A DNA stretch of 60,955 bases, counting the filler. It is 7 parts of 7 records of this genome, joined end to end, with 100 filler letters (N's around TTAATTAATTAA, not from the genome) between each part and the next. Parts side by side here need not be neighbours in the genome. Positions count along the whole stretch, not along the records: positions 22,245 to 34,411 come from SRR2962707_4999; positions 34,512 to 43,157 come from SRR2962707_5002; 5 more parts are not named here. One strand, written 5' to 3'. Both the position numbers and the translations under genes were made by a program. The notes beneath the pieces are model-generated. The model was given only the letters and a program-made list of their open reading frames with translations, searched no databases and was not told where the DNA came from. This document shows, piece after piece, positions 29,912-41,209 of the stretch. The first letter of the stretch is position 1. Every line of letters starts with the position of its first letter.

Positions 29912-30718
29912 TTACTCAATAGTAAAGGTATAAGTATCGGTTTCTGAGAGTCTAAAATACCCAAAGGCAAAATTCTCTGGATTTGTAGTATTCACTATGT
30001 TTCCTCTAACGGTTGCGGGTTGCGTTTCAAAGGGGCCACCGCTTTCTCCAGTTTGAGAAAGTAAGGTATTTATATAGGTGAAATATCTTTTAGAAACACC
30101 ATATAAATTGATTTCTACTTCATCGCCAGGTTTTAATTCTTCACTATTGAAATAAGCAAACATTTCATTTCCATTCACCAGTCTGTCTTCTTGTACATTT
30201 ATAGTAGTATCATTTTCAGCATAAAAAGAATAGAAATAATAGTTTTCTTCCTCTACAGGATCATTAAAATAAGCTTTAATTTCAATATACTCTTCAGAAA
30301 AAATCTCACCGTTTTGCTGACTCACATATTCTAAATCGGAAACGGGAAGTAAAGTCTCTTCGGCAGTGTAGGTTTCTCCTTCAGTAATAACAGTTAAGTA
30401 ATAGGTTTTGTTTAACTGCGGAATAAAATTTTGGGTATAATAAAAACCAGAGTTTCCATCTTCTATAAAATCAAATTGACTTCCTTCGTCATCAGTAATA
30501 AAAACTTCAGCATTATTTACTGGCGGAATTTCTGTATCAAAATAGGGAGCAGTTGTAGAGAGTCTAACGAATTGAGACTGTCCTGAAGTTTCTTTTATCC
30601 AATTGATAGATGCTTCTATGACTAATCTTGGAGGGGCATCATCCAGATCAACCTCAATAACTTCTTCACAGGAAGTAAAGAAGAAAACAAGCAGACATAT
30701 ATTGATAATTTTTTTCAT
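29912..30718 (-). CDS. DUF4249-family lipoprotein
   Basis: Lipobox FTSC then EEVIEVDL...PRLVIEA; PATVRGNI and FGYF; follows a TonB receptor. Confidence 0.85.
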   Translation of the reverse strand: MKKIINICLLVFFFTSCEEVIEVDLDDAPPRLVIEASINWIKETSGQSQFVRLSTTAPYFDTEIPPVNNAEVFITDDEGSQFDFIEDGNSGFYYTQNFIPQLNKTYYLTVITEGETYTAEETLLPVSDLEYVSQQNGEIFSEEYIEIKAYFNDPVEEENYYFYSFYAENDTTINVQEDRLVNGNEMFAYFNSEELKPGDEVEINLYGVSKRYFTYINTLLSQTGESGGPFETQPATVRGNIVNTTNPENFAFGYFRLSETDTYTFTIE

Positions 30719-30721
30719 TTT

Positions 30722-33106
30722 TTAAAATTTAAAGTTGTACGTAATGGAAGGGATAATGCCATAAATAGATAATTTTACGGCTTCATTTCTCATTTCTTCG
30801 GTGTTTTCTCTAAAGCTTACCGAAGCAGCATTTTTCCGATTGTAAACATTATAGATACTAAAAACCCATTCGCTTTGCCATCCTTTAGTTTTCTTTGGTT
30901 TTGGGGTGTAGGTAGCAGATATATCTAATCGGTTGTAAGAAGGGAGTCTACTGTTATTTCTTTCGCCATAACTAGGAATAGTAATTCCTTCATATTCATA
31001 TTGTCCATCTGGATAAGAGGCGGGTCTCCCAGTTTGGAAGATAAAATTCCCTCCAAAATTCCATTTTGGCGTTAAAGTGTAGGAAGCAGTTACAGAAATA
31101 TCGTGGGTTTTATCATAGGGAGTATAATACCATTTTCCGTTATTAATTCCGGGTTCATCAGGAGTTCTTCCAGGGGTACGTTGTTTAGATTCTGATAAGG
31201 TATACGATAACCAGCCTTGAAGTTTTCCTTCATTTTTTCTGAATAAAACCTCCATTCCATAAGCTTTAGCCTCTCCATTTAAAACAACTTGTTCAATAGC
31301 ATCATTGGCAATTAAATCTGCCCCGTCGATATAATCAATTCTATTTTTTATGTTTTTGAAGAAGAGTTCTGTTTCTAATGAATACTTATTATCACTAATA
31401 TTTTTAAAATAACCCACCGCATATTGATCGAGTAGTTGTGGCTTGATGAACGAACCGCTAGGCGCCCAAACATCTAATGGGGTGGGAGAGCTTGTATTGG
31501 TAATGAGATGTAAATATTGCGACATACGGTTGTAGCTAGCTTTAATAGACTGTGTTTCGTCTAATATATAGGAAGCAGCAATACGTGGCTCTAAGTTTGT
31601 ATATGATTTAATAGACTTGCTTCTGCTGGCGCTAATAGTGTCTATTGGAGTAGCTTTTTCATAAATGCCGAGATCTGGATTGTAAACTACAGGGGTATTG
31701 TTTTGATAAACGTTAATTTCGTCTTGTCCAAACCTATCAAATCTACTAAGTCGCAAACCGTATTCAACAGCTAATTTGTTGGTAATTTGATGTTCAATAT
31801 CTATGTATGCAGCCGCTTCATTAGCATATTTATCGGTGAGTTTAAAATAATTAATTCCAGAATCATCTCCTTCAGGTTCAATCTCTCCTGGATTAAATTT
31901 ATAATACACATTATTTATTCCGTACTGCAATTTAAATTTATTGGAAATGTAATGTTTAAAATCGTATTTTAAATTGAAGTTGTTTATCCCACTATTCCAG
32001 TTAAAGCCTACAAAATTAAGAGTTAAACCATAGTAATAATCGCTATAAATTAGGGAGAGGTTGGAGAATAATTTATCTGAAAATAAATGATTCCATCTTA
32101 AGTTAACTACTGAATTTCCGTAGACATTATTAAAGCTATCGTTTATATCGAATACATCACGTCCAAAATACCCTGAAAAGTAAAGGTTGTTATTTTCATT
32201 TAACTTATAAGAAAGCTTTGTGTTTAAATCGTAAAAATATGCGGAGTTGTCATTATCGGTTAATTTTAGAAATAAGTGGGCATAGGAGCTTCTACCACCA
32301 ATAAGAAAAGAACCTTTGTTTTTAACAATAGGACCTTCAGCCAGAATTCTACTAGAAACAACCCCAATACCCCCCGTCATATGAAAGTTTTTGCTATTAC
32401 CATCTTTTTGGTAAATATCTAATACAGAAGAAATTCTACCTCCATATCTAGAAGGAATTCCTCCTTTATATAATTTTAAGTTTTTAATGGCATCTGGATT
32501 AAATACAGAAAAGAAACCGAAGAGATGAGAGGAGTTAAAAATAATGGCTTCGTCTAAGAGGATTAAATTTTGATCAGCAGATCCTCCTCGCACATTAAAT
32601 CCAGACGAGGCTTCTCCTGCATTACTAACACCTGGTAATAATAAAATAGATTTTATAACATCGGCCTCTCCTAGAACCACGGGTATTTTTTTTATGGTAG
32701 CAGCGCTCATACTATTCACACTCATTTCGGGCTTTTTGATATTTATTCTCTCTATATCTTGTTCCACCACAACTTCATCAAGTTCTTCTGAGGAAGCTTT
32801 TAAACTGAAATCTTGTTTGGAACTTGTAGAGAGCTCTATTTGTTTGCTAATAGTATTAAATCCCAAATAACTTATTTGAACGGTATAATTTCCTTCTGGG
32901 ATAGTTATTGAATAAAAGCCATATTCGTTGGTAGTTGTTCCAGTTTTAAGTTCAGGAAAGATAACATTTACTCCAATAAGTGTTTCGTTACTAGAAGCGT
33001 CTGTTATTGTTCCGCTTAAGGTTACTTGTTCTTGGGCAAAGGAAAATGAGATTCCGAAGAGAAGAAATAAGCATAACTTTAAAAAGTTGTTCATTCTTTT
33101 TTTCAT
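30722..33106 (-). CDS. TonB-dependent receptor
   Basis: LSGTITDASSNETLIG, GFNVRGGSADQNLILLD and C-terminal ITYNFKF; start probably ATG 33106 or 33094. Confidence 0.92.
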   Translation of the reverse strand: MKKRMNNFLKLCLFLLFGISFSFAQEQVTLSGTITDASSNETLIGVNVIFPELKTGTTTNEYGFYSITIPEGNYTVQISYLGFNTISKQIELSTSSKQDFSLKASSEELDEVVVEQDIERINIKKPEMSVNSMSAATIKKIPVVLGEADVIKSILLLPGVSNAGEASSGFNVRGGSADQNLILLDEAIIFNSSHLFGFFSVFNPDAIKNLKLYKGGIPSRYGGRISSVLDIYQKDGNSKNFHMTGGIGVVSSRILAEGPIVKNKGSFLIGGRSSYAHLFLKLTDNDNSAYFYDLNTKLSYKLNENNNLYFSGYFGRDVFDINDSFNNVYGNSVVNLRWNHLFSDKLFSNLSLIYSDYYYGLTLNFVGFNWNSGINNFNLKYDFKHYISNKFKLQYGINNVYYKFNPGEIEPEGDDSGINYFKLTDKYANEAAAYIDIEHQITNKLAVEYGLRLSRFDRFGQDEINVYQNNTPVVYNPDLGIYEKATPIDTISASRSKSIKSYTNLEPRIAASYILDETQSIKASYNRMSQYLHLITNTSSPTPLDVWAPSGSFIKPQLLDQYAVGYFKNISDNKYSLETELFFKNIKNRIDYIDGADLIANDAIEQVVLNGEAKAYGMEVLFRKNEGKLQGWLSYTLSESKQRTPGRTPDEPGINNGKWYYTPYDKTHDISVTASYTLTPKWNFGGNFIFQTGRPASYPDGQYEYEGITIPSYGERNNSRLPSYNRLDISATYTPKPKKTKGWQSEWVFSIYNVYNRKNAASVSFRENTEEMRNEAVKLSIYGIIPSITYNFKF

Positions 33107-33367
33107 TAAAAATAAAAGTAATTTTACTGTTATAGATAAAAAAAAGTAAGAACTTCTATAAAAATACAAGACCACTTCACTATAAGAAGAAAGAACAAAG
33201 ACTAAATATTAACTATCAGAAATAAGTTCTTTAAAGGAGTAACATTACTTAAACCCTCTTTTTATCATTTTTATTAATAGCAAGGGGTCTGTTTTGAAAA
33301 CCTCATTTAAACCTTGGTATAAATGGAATCCAATAAATTCCGTTAACTTTTATTGGACTACAATAAT

Positions 33368-33401
33368 AAAAAAATAAAGCCTTCTAAAAAAGAAGGCTTT
33401 A
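33368..33401 (-). terminator. Rho-independent terminator after icd
   Basis: TAAAGCCTTCT-A5-AGAAGGCTTTA with an adjacent A-run (U-tract on the minus strand). Confidence 0.75.
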
Positions 33402-33426
33402 TATATAAAAAGGTATGGTTGTAAAC

Positions 33427-34410
<984 letters not shown>

Positions 34411-34512
34411 CNNNNNNNNNNNNNNNNNNNNNNNNNNNNNNNNNNNNNNNNNNNNTTAATTAATTAANNNNNNNNNNNNNNNNNNNNNNNNNNNNNNNNN
34501 NNNNNNNNNNNA

Positions 34513-35412
34513 TTCCTCTCCGATCCGCGGGTGATCGAGACGCCCAAATGGCTGTGGTGGCCGATCCTGAACCTCGGGATACTCTCGTTCCGGCCGCAAA
34601 AGACCGGCGCCAATTACGCCAAGATCTGGGACAAGCGGACCAATGAGAGCCCGCTGCGGGTGATTACCCGCGGGCAGGCGGAAAAGCTGCAGGAGGCGAT
34701 GGCCTCCGATGGGGTGATCGTCGAATACGGAATGCGTTACGGCAATCCCTCGACCGAAAGCGCCATCCAGAAGCTGCACGAGCAGGGGTGCGACAAGATA
34801 TTGCTGTTCCCGCTCTATCCGCAGTATTCGGCGACCACGACCGCGACGGCCAACGACCAGGCATTCCGGGCGCTGGCCAGTATGCGCTGGCAGCCGGCGG
34901 TGCGGACGGTGCCGGCCTATTTCGGGGACGATGTCTATGTCGAGACGCTGGCCCGCTCGATCAAAGAGGGTGTCGAAAAGCTCGATTTCGAACCCGATCT
35001 GGTGATCACCTCATACCACGGCATGCCCAAATCCTATCTCGACAAGGGCGACCCCTATCACTGCCAGTGCCACAAGACGACGCGGCTGGTGCGTGAAAAG
35101 CTCGGGTGGCCGAAAGAGAAGATCATGCTGACCTTCCAGAGCCGGTTCGGGCCCACCGAATGGCTGCAGCCCTATACCGACGAGACGCTCAAGGCGTTAC
35201 CGGGCAAAGGGATCAAGAAGGTGGCCATTCTCGCTCCGGCGTTTTCGGCGGACTGCATCGAGACGCTCGAGGAAATCGCCATCGGGGGCGAGGAAGAGTT
35301 CATGCATGCAGGCGGGGAGCGGTATGCCTATATCCCGTGCCTCAACGATACGCCGGACGGCATGGCGATGATCGAAGCCGTGGTGCGCCGCGAACTGTCG
35401 GGCTGGCTTTAG
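34513..35412 (+). CDS. hemH: Ferrochelatase, 5'-truncated
   Basis: FLSDPRVIE, MRYGNPS, PLYPQYS, SYHGMP, FQSRFG..EWLQPYT and DCIETLEEI. Confidence 0.96.
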   Translation, partial: FLSDPRVIETPKWLWWPILNLGILSFRPQKTGANYAKIWDKRTNESPLRVITRGQAEKLQEAMASDGVIVEYGMRYGNPSTESAIQKLHEQGCDKILLFPLYPQYSATTTATANDQAFRALASMRWQPAVRTVPAYFGDDVYVETLARSIKEGVEKLDFEPDLVITSYHGMPKSYLDKGDPYHCQCHKTTRLVREKLGWPKEKIMLTFQSRFGPTEWLQPYTDETLKALPGKGIKKVAILAPAFSADCIETLEEIAIGGEEEFMHAGGERYAYIPCLNDTPDGMAMIEAVVRRELSGWL

Positions 35413-35493
35413 GCGATTGTCACCGGTCTGACCCGACCGTAAAGTCCTTCCCGTGGGACCGGCCCCGAGTCGGGCAAGAGGGAAGGCAAAACT

Positions 35494-36462
35494 ATGGACG
35501 GGTTTTCGATAGTCCTTATCGTCATCGGCATTCTGGCGGTGATGGTGCTGCTGGCCGGGGTCAAGACCGTGCCGCAGGGGCACAATTATACGGTTGAGCG
35601 GTTCGGGCGCTACACGCGCACGCTCAAGCCGGGGCTCAATGTCATAATTCCGTTCATCGACGGGGTCGGGCGCAAGCTCAACATGATGGAGCAGGTGCTC
35701 GATGTGCCGCACCAGGAAGTCATCACTCGCGACAACGCTTCGATCACCGCCGATGGGGTGACGTTCTATCAGATCCTCGATGCGGCTCAGGCGGCCTATG
35801 AGATTTCCAATCTCGAACAGGGCGTGCTCAATTTGACTATGACCAATATCCGTTCGGTCATGGGCTCGCTCGATCTGGACGAACTGCTGTCGAACCGCGA
35901 CGAGATCAATTCGCGCGTGTTGCGGGTCGTCGATGCGGCGGTGGCGCCCTGGGGGGTCAAGATCACCCGCATCGAGATCAAGGACATCGAGCCGCCGCGC
36001 GACCTCGTCGATGCCATGGGGCGGCAGATGAAGGCCGAGCGCGACCGGCGTGCGGTGATCCTTGAGGCCGAAGGGCAGCGGCAGGCGCAAATTCTCAAGG
36101 CCGAGGGTGAAAAACAGGCCCAGGTTCTCGAGGCTGAGGGCCGGCGCGAAGCTGCGTTCCGCGATGCGGAGGCCCGCGAGCGGTCGGCGGAGGCTGAAGC
36201 CAAGGCTACTGAAATGGTCTCGGAAGCCATCGCCAAGGGCGACGTGCAGGCGATCAACTATTTTGTCGCCAACAATTACGTCAAGGCGCTCGAAAAGATC
36301 GCTTCGGCGCCCAATCAGAAAGTGCTCATGCTGCCGCTGGAGGCCGCCAATGTGATCGGCGCGCTGGGCGGGGTGGCCGAAATCGCCCGCGAGGCGTTCG
36401 GTGGCGAAGCGCCTCGGCGCAATGCGCCGGGCCGTCCGCCTTCGACGCGCAGCGAAATCTAG
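35494..36462 (+). CDS. SPFH/band-7 (QmcA-like) protein
   Basis: VERFGRYTRTL.PGLNVIIPFID and QMKAERDRRAVILEAEG. Confidence 0.93.
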   Translation: MDGFSIVLIVIGILAVMVLLAGVKTVPQGHNYTVERFGRYTRTLKPGLNVIIPFIDGVGRKLNMMEQVLDVPHQEVITRDNASITADGVTFYQILDAAQAAYEISNLEQGVLNLTMTNIRSVMGSLDLDELLSNRDEINSRVLRVVDAAVAPWGVKITRIEIKDIEPPRDLVDAMGRQMKAERDRRAVILEAEGQRQAQILKAEGEKQAQVLEAEGRREAAFRDAEARERSAEAEAKATEMVSEAIAKGDVQAINYFVANNYVKALEKIASAPNQKVLMLPLEAANVIGALGGVAEIAREAFGGEAPRRNAPGRPPSTRSEI

Positions 36463-36474
36463 GGCGCGGTAACC

Positions 36475-36936
36475 ATGGACCTCATCACGCTGATTGGCGA
36501 GAACGCGGCATGGGCCTGGCTGATTTTCGGGCTTGTGCTGCTCGGTGTCGAACTGCTTGTTCCCGGCGTCTTCATGGTCTGGCTGGGTGGGGCGGCGCTC
36601 CTGACCGGATTGACCGTGTTTCAGACCGGTATCGGCTGGCCGATCCAGTGGGGCCTGTTCGGCGTGCTGTCGCTGGTGCTGGTCAGCGGTTGGCTGGCCT
36701 ATTCGCGGCGGCGCCACGGTGACACGCCGCCCAGCGAAGATCCGCTGATCAATGCACGCACCGCGCGGTTGCTGGGCCGCGAGACGGCACTGGTCGAAGC
36801 GATCAGTGACGGGGTTGGGCGCGTGCGGATCGACGATACGCTGTGGCGGGTTTCCGGCCCAGACCTTCCGGCGGGGTCGCATGTGCGTATCACCGGCGCG
36901 CGGGGCGGGCTCCTCGAGGTCGAGGCGGTCGGCTGA
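36475..36936 (+). CDS. NfeD-like (YbbJ) membrane protein
   Basis: ELLVPGVFMVWLG; OB-fold GRVRIDDTLWRVSG; adjacent to SPFH. Confidence 0.9.
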   Translation: MDLITLIGENAAWAWLIFGLVLLGVELLVPGVFMVWLGGAALLTGLTVFQTGIGWPIQWGLFGVLSLVLVSGWLAYSRRRHGDTPPSEDPLINARTARLLGRETALVEAISDGVGRVRIDDTLWRVSGPDLPAGSHVRITGARGGLLEVEAVG

Positions 36937-36945
36937 ACGCTGTTT

Positions 36946-37815
36946 TCAGGGCGCCCATTCAACCGGCACGGGCGGCTCTTCGTTGAGCACTGTGATCTTG
37001 ATCCGCTGATTGGCGGCCAGGTAGGGGTCGTTGGCAAAATAGGGATCGGTTTCCGCCCTGCCGGCGACCGCCTCGATGCGCGACCCTGACAGCCCCGATT
37101 GCTCAAGCAGCTGGCGCGATACGTTGGCCCGGTCAAAGGACAACTCCCAGGCGCCGTACTGGGGATCGAGATAGGTCAGCCCGGCGGCGGTGTGGCCGGA
37201 AATGCGTATCTGGTTGGGCAGGCGCTGGAGGACCGGAGCAAGGGCAGCGAGTGCCTGGCGCGTCGCTTCATAGGGATATTTGGAGCCCTCGGCGAACATG
37301 GGCCGGCCCTCCTGATCGGCGATCAGGATGTTGAGGCCTTCTTCGGTTTGCTCGAGAATGAGATTGTCGCTGATCGTGGTGATGACCGGGTTTTCGCGCC
37401 AGGCCTGTTCGATGCTGGCGGCGGCGAGGGAAAAGCGCGCCGGGGTTTCGAGCTCGGCCCGCTCCAGTTCGAAGGTCTGTGCCTCGGGGCCCTGCTGTTC
37501 CGCCTCGTTGTGGTCTTCGGTTTCGAACTGACTTTCGCGCTGATCGGGTTCCTGGGTCAGGAGCTTGAGAAAGTCCCGCTGGGGCGTGCCTTCGCGCTCG
37601 ATGACGCCGGCGCGGGCGACGGTTTCGGAAAACCCGAACGCATCACGCATCGAGCCGGCCACGATCTGCAGTTTTCGTTCGTCCTGGATGGAAAACGAAA
37701 TGATGAGTACGAAAAAGCAGACAAGAATCGACATGAGATCGGCAAAGGTCACCAGCCATTCGGGGACCTCGGACTTATCGTTCTTCTTGCGCGCAGGAGC
37801 GGCCGAACGCGCCAT
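36946..37815 (-). CDS. motB: Flagellar stator B subunit (MotB/PomB-like)
   Basis: WLVTFADLMSILVCFFVL; OmpA-like domain with ISGHT and WELSFDRA. Confidence 0.9.
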   Translation of the reverse strand: MARSAAPARKKNDKSEVPEWLVTFADLMSILVCFFVLIISFSIQDERKLQIVAGSMRDAFGFSETVARAGVIEREGTPQRDFLKLLTQEPDQRESQFETEDHNEAEQQGPEAQTFELERAELETPARFSLAAASIEQAWRENPVITTISDNLILEQTEEGLNILIADQEGRPMFAEGSKYPYEATRQALAALAPVLQRLPNQIRISGHTAAGLTYLDPQYGAWELSFDRANVSRQLLEQSGLSGSRIEAVAGRAETDPYFANDPYLAANQRIKITVLNEEPPVPVEWAP

Positions 37816-37817
37816 GG

Positions 37818-38597
37818 TCAGGCGGCTGCCTTGAGCTGGGGCTGGTCGGCATCTCTTTGCTGTTCGGGCAGGTAGGCGACCAGCATTTCGCGAATCAGGT
37901 TCGGGCTCTTGCCATCGCGGATCGACATGATGCCGTCGATGATGAGCGTCTGGTTGATCTCCTCGACACTGAACTTGGCGAGCAGTTTGTCGGAGATCGG
38001 CAGGCAGACCAGATTGGCGATGATTGCGCCATACAGCGTGGTCAGCAGAGCTACCGCCATGGCGGGACCGATCGCTGACGGGTCGTCCATGGCACCGAGC
38101 ATCTGGACGAGGCCGACAAGCGTGCCGATCATCCCGAAGGCGGGCGCGGCATCGCCGAGGGATTTGAAGACGCGCTGGCCTTCGCTCAGCCGGGACAAAT
38201 ACTGGTCGCGTTCGAGCTCCATTGATTCGCGGATGAAATCGGCATCATAGGCATCGGCGATGTATTGGGCGCCCTTGCGCAGGTTGGGCTCGTCGAAATC
38301 CATGCCTTCGAGGCCGAGCGGGCCCTGGCGGCGGGCAATGTCGCCCATCCGGGCGATCTTTTCGATCAGCTCGCGCGGTTCGACCTTCTTGTGGGTGAAG
38401 GCAACGCGACCACCGGTCACCAGCGCCTGGCCGACGCCGGCCAGGGGAAAGCGGATGAGCGTGGCGGCGAATCCGCCACCGATGACGATAAAGATCGAGG
38501 GGATATCGACGAACGCACCGAATGAGCCCCCCATGAAAATTGCGAAAGCAATGACGGCGGCACCAGCGATGATGCCCAAAATCGTGGCGAGATCCAT
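37818..38597 (-). CDS. motA: Flagellar stator A subunit (MotA/PomA-like)
   Basis: MDLATILG, APAFGMIGTLVGLV and IGPAMAVALLTTLYG. Confidence 0.92.
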   Translation of the reverse strand: MDLATILGIIAGAAVIAFAIFMGGSFGAFVDIPSIFIVIGGGFAATLIRFPLAGVGQALVTGGRVAFTHKKVEPRELIEKIARMGDIARRQGPLGLEGMDFDEPNLRKGAQYIADAYDADFIRESMELERDQYLSRLSEGQRVFKSLGDAAPAFGMIGTLVGLVQMLGAMDDPSAIGPAMAVALLTTLYGAIIANLVCLPISDKLLAKFSVEEINQTLIIDGIMSIRDGKSPNLIREMLVAYLPEQQRDADQPQLKAAA

Positions 38598-38786
38598 GCC
38601 AGAAACTCCATGGCCGGAAGGGCCAGGTCGCGAGGGTCAATTTTGAGGCACTATAGGAAACAGGTCATACCAAGGCCTTAACCGGACCACTTTTGATGGG
38701 CGCAAGGGCGATGAAATGTGAGCGCCGGTAAGGCTTTATTAACCATAAGTTGAAAGCCTCCGGATATAATTTCCGGAATCGCGAAA

Positions 38787-40205
38787 TTGAACTTTGATGT
38801 CCGAATAATTGTTGCCCTGGCCCTTGCGGGCGCCGGCGCTTTGGCTGGTGCCTCGGTGACGTTTGCCCAAGGGGACGGATCGGGCACCGACAATCCCGAT
38901 CTGTTGCGCGGATCGCTGGGCGTTGGGTGCCGCCCGGGAACGCTGTGCCAGTTTCCATCCCCCGACCTGATCGTGCCCGTGGTTCTGCCCACCGAGCCGC
39001 TGCCGCTTCTTGCTCCCTCGCCACCGGTTGCGGCCGCCGCGCCCGCGGCGCAATCGGCGCCCGCCGCCGCGCCTGCGCCGCTGGCCGCTTCTGTGCCGGT
39101 GCATGCAGATACGGCCGATTGGGGCGAATTGGGGTATGGGGTGGCGTTGCGGGGCGCCTATGTGCGCAGCGGGACGAGTGAGCGATTTGAATTGCTGGCG
39201 ATCCCCTCGATCTCCTATTCGCGTTCGGGCGGGGTGACGGATCTGGCGCTGGGCGCTTCTGCGACGCTGGTGGCGCCGCAATCTGACGATGTGCGCGTCG
39301 GCGCGGCCAATGTTTCTGCCAATGTCGTCCATCGTTTATCACCCTCGGCAGGGCTGGCGTTCGATGCGGGGCTGTCGCTGTCGCAGGACGCGCCGGACGG
39401 ATTGAGCACCGATGAAGCCGATCTGGCCAGCGCCCCGGTTTCGGTGTCGGGCACTGCAGGGCTGGGTTACACGCACCGGTTCGGCAATTTTGCGGTGACG
39501 GGCACAGCGGACGTCGCGCGCGATTGGGTGGGCGATGCGGTGCGGACCGATAGCACGGTGATCGACAACAGCCATGAGGGCGCGACGCGCTATGGCGCGG
39601 ACCTGCGGGTTGGTTATGAGCTGACGCCGGTCGTCGGGGTGTTCGGGCAGGGCGGGGCCGGGCGAACAGACTTCGATGGCATCGATCCGGACCTCGGTTT
39701 CAGCCGCTCGGGCAGCGATTTCGAGTTGCGGGGCGGCCTTACGGCAAACTGGCAGGATGTCGTGACGCTGGAGGCCTCAGCAGGGTCGGGATGGCGGTCG
39801 TTTGATAGTGGAGCGGTTCCGGAAGCGCAGAGCTGGCTCTATGGCGTATCGGTGGGCTATCGACCGACAACGACCACCGAGTTGACGGCGAGCTTTGATA
39901 CCGAGTTGACGCCCGGCGAGGGCAGTTCAGGCGCCAGCGCAACCTATGGCGTGGGGCTCGACGCCCGGCACAGGGCCAATTCATGGCTTGCGTTGCGGGC
40001 CTCGGCCGGTGCGCAATGGATGGTGCCCGAGGATGGCACAGCCGAGAGCCGGAGCTATTCGGCCGGGCTGGGGGCCGATTTGACTCTCGGCCAGCACACG
40101 ACGGCAACGCTGGACTATGAGTATGGATTGCGCGAGGACCCCGCCGCGGCGGTTGTGAGCCGCGACGAGCACCGGATCAGCGGTGGGCTCAGTCTTCAAT
40201 ACTGA
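38787..40205 (+). CDS. Outer-membrane beta-barrel protein (BBP2-like, tentative)
   Basis: Signal peptide, Pro/Ala linker, alternating amphipathic strands and C-terminal GGLSLQY. Confidence 0.65.
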   Translation: MNFDVRIIVALALAGAGALAGASVTFAQGDGSGTDNPDLLRGSLGVGCRPGTLCQFPSPDLIVPVVLPTEPLPLLAPSPPVAAAAPAAQSAPAAAPAPLAASVPVHADTADWGELGYGVALRGAYVRSGTSERFELLAIPSISYSRSGGVTDLALGASATLVAPQSDDVRVGAANVSANVVHRLSPSAGLAFDAGLSLSQDAPDGLSTDEADLASAPVSVSGTAGLGYTHRFGNFAVTGTADVARDWVGDAVRTDSTVIDNSHEGATRYGADLRVGYELTPVVGVFGQGGAGRTDFDGIDPDLGFSRSGSDFELRGGLTANWQDVVTLEASAGSGWRSFDSGAVPEAQSWLYGVSVGYRPTTTTELTASFDTELTPGEGSSGASATYGVGLDARHRANSWLALRASAGAQWMVPEDGTAESRSYSAGLGADLTLGQHTTATLDYEYGLREDPAAAVVSRDEHRISGGLSLQY

Positions 40206-41115
40206 TGGGTGTGTCCTCGGTGAGTTTTTTGAGCTCGCTGAGGAAGGTATCGGCAATATCGGGCCGGTCGAGCGCGAAGGCGACGTTGGCGGTCAGGAAG
40301 CCGATCTTTGAGCCACAATCGAAAACCTGTCCGTCATATTTGACGCCGATGAAGGGCTGACGGTCCATGAGGAAACGCATGGCGTCGGTAATCTGGATTT
40401 CGCCGCCTGTACCAACCGTCTGCTCGCCCAGAAGCGCGAAGATCTCCGGCTGCAGGATATAACGACCTGAAATAATGAGATTGGAGGGCGCGTCCTCGGG
40501 CCTGGGTTTTTCGACCATGCCGGTGATGGCAAAGCCCTGATCGGGGCCTTCGCCGCGTCCGATGACGCCGTAAGACGAGACGTCCTGGGGTGCGCATTCC
40601 TCAACGGCGATGATGTTGCCGCCCGATTCTTCGTAGGTGTCCATCATCTGCTTGAGGACGCCCGGCGAGGATTTGAAGATCATGTCGGGCAGCAACAGCG
40701 CGAAGGGCTCACTGCCGACGATATCGCGGGCGCACCAGACAGCATGGCCGAGACCCAACGGTTCCTGCTGGCGGGTGAAGCTCGATTGGCCGGCCTTGGG
40801 CAGGTCGCGGCGGAGCTGTTCGAGCGCCGCGGTCTTGCCGCGCGCTTCGAGGGTCGCTTCGAGCTCGAACTGGCGGTCGAAATGATCCTCAATGACGCCC
40901 TTGTTGCGCCCGGTGACGAAAACGAAGTGCTCGATGCCCGCCTCGCGGGCCTCGTCGACGGCGTACTGGATGACCGGTTTGTCGACGACCGTCAGCATCT
41001 CCTTGGGCATGGCTTTGGTGGCGGGAAGAAACCTTGTTCCAAGGCCGGCGACGGGAAAGACGGCTGTACGGACTCTGCGGACCACTTCATACTCCCTCGA
41101 AATTTGCTTTGACAT
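40189..41115 (-). CDS. galU: UTP-glucose-1-phosphate uridylyltransferase
   Basis: [34 protein letters not shown] and VEKP. Confidence 0.96.
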   Translation of the reverse strand: MSKQISREYEVVRRVRTAVFPVAGLGTRFLPATKAMPKEMLTVVDKPVIQYAVDEAREAGIEHFVFVTGRNKGVIEDHFDRQFELEATLEARGKTAALEQLRRDLPKAGQSSFTRQQEPLGLGHAVWCARDIVGSEPFALLLPDMIFKSSPGVLKQMMDTYEESGGNIIAVEECAPQDVSSYGVIGRGEGPDQGFAITGMVEKPRPEDAPSNLIISGRYILQPEIFALLGEQTVGTGGEIQITDAMRFLMDRQPFIGVKYDGQVFDCGSKIGFLTANVAFALDRPDIADTFLSELKKLTEDTPISIED

Positions 41116-41209
41116 AAACTAAGACAGTTTCAATGTCTTAATGCAAGATTGTGGTGTCAGTTGCATTCATGCGACGCATGTGAACACACGGGCGGATTTA
41201 GGGACAGCT

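Noticed and set aside
35197-36882. 561-aa minus-strand ORF and the many other overlapping ORFs in 34512-43157 and 55840-60955
   Set aside because: Antisense or off-frame shadows of well-supported genes in GC-rich DNA, with no family motifs.
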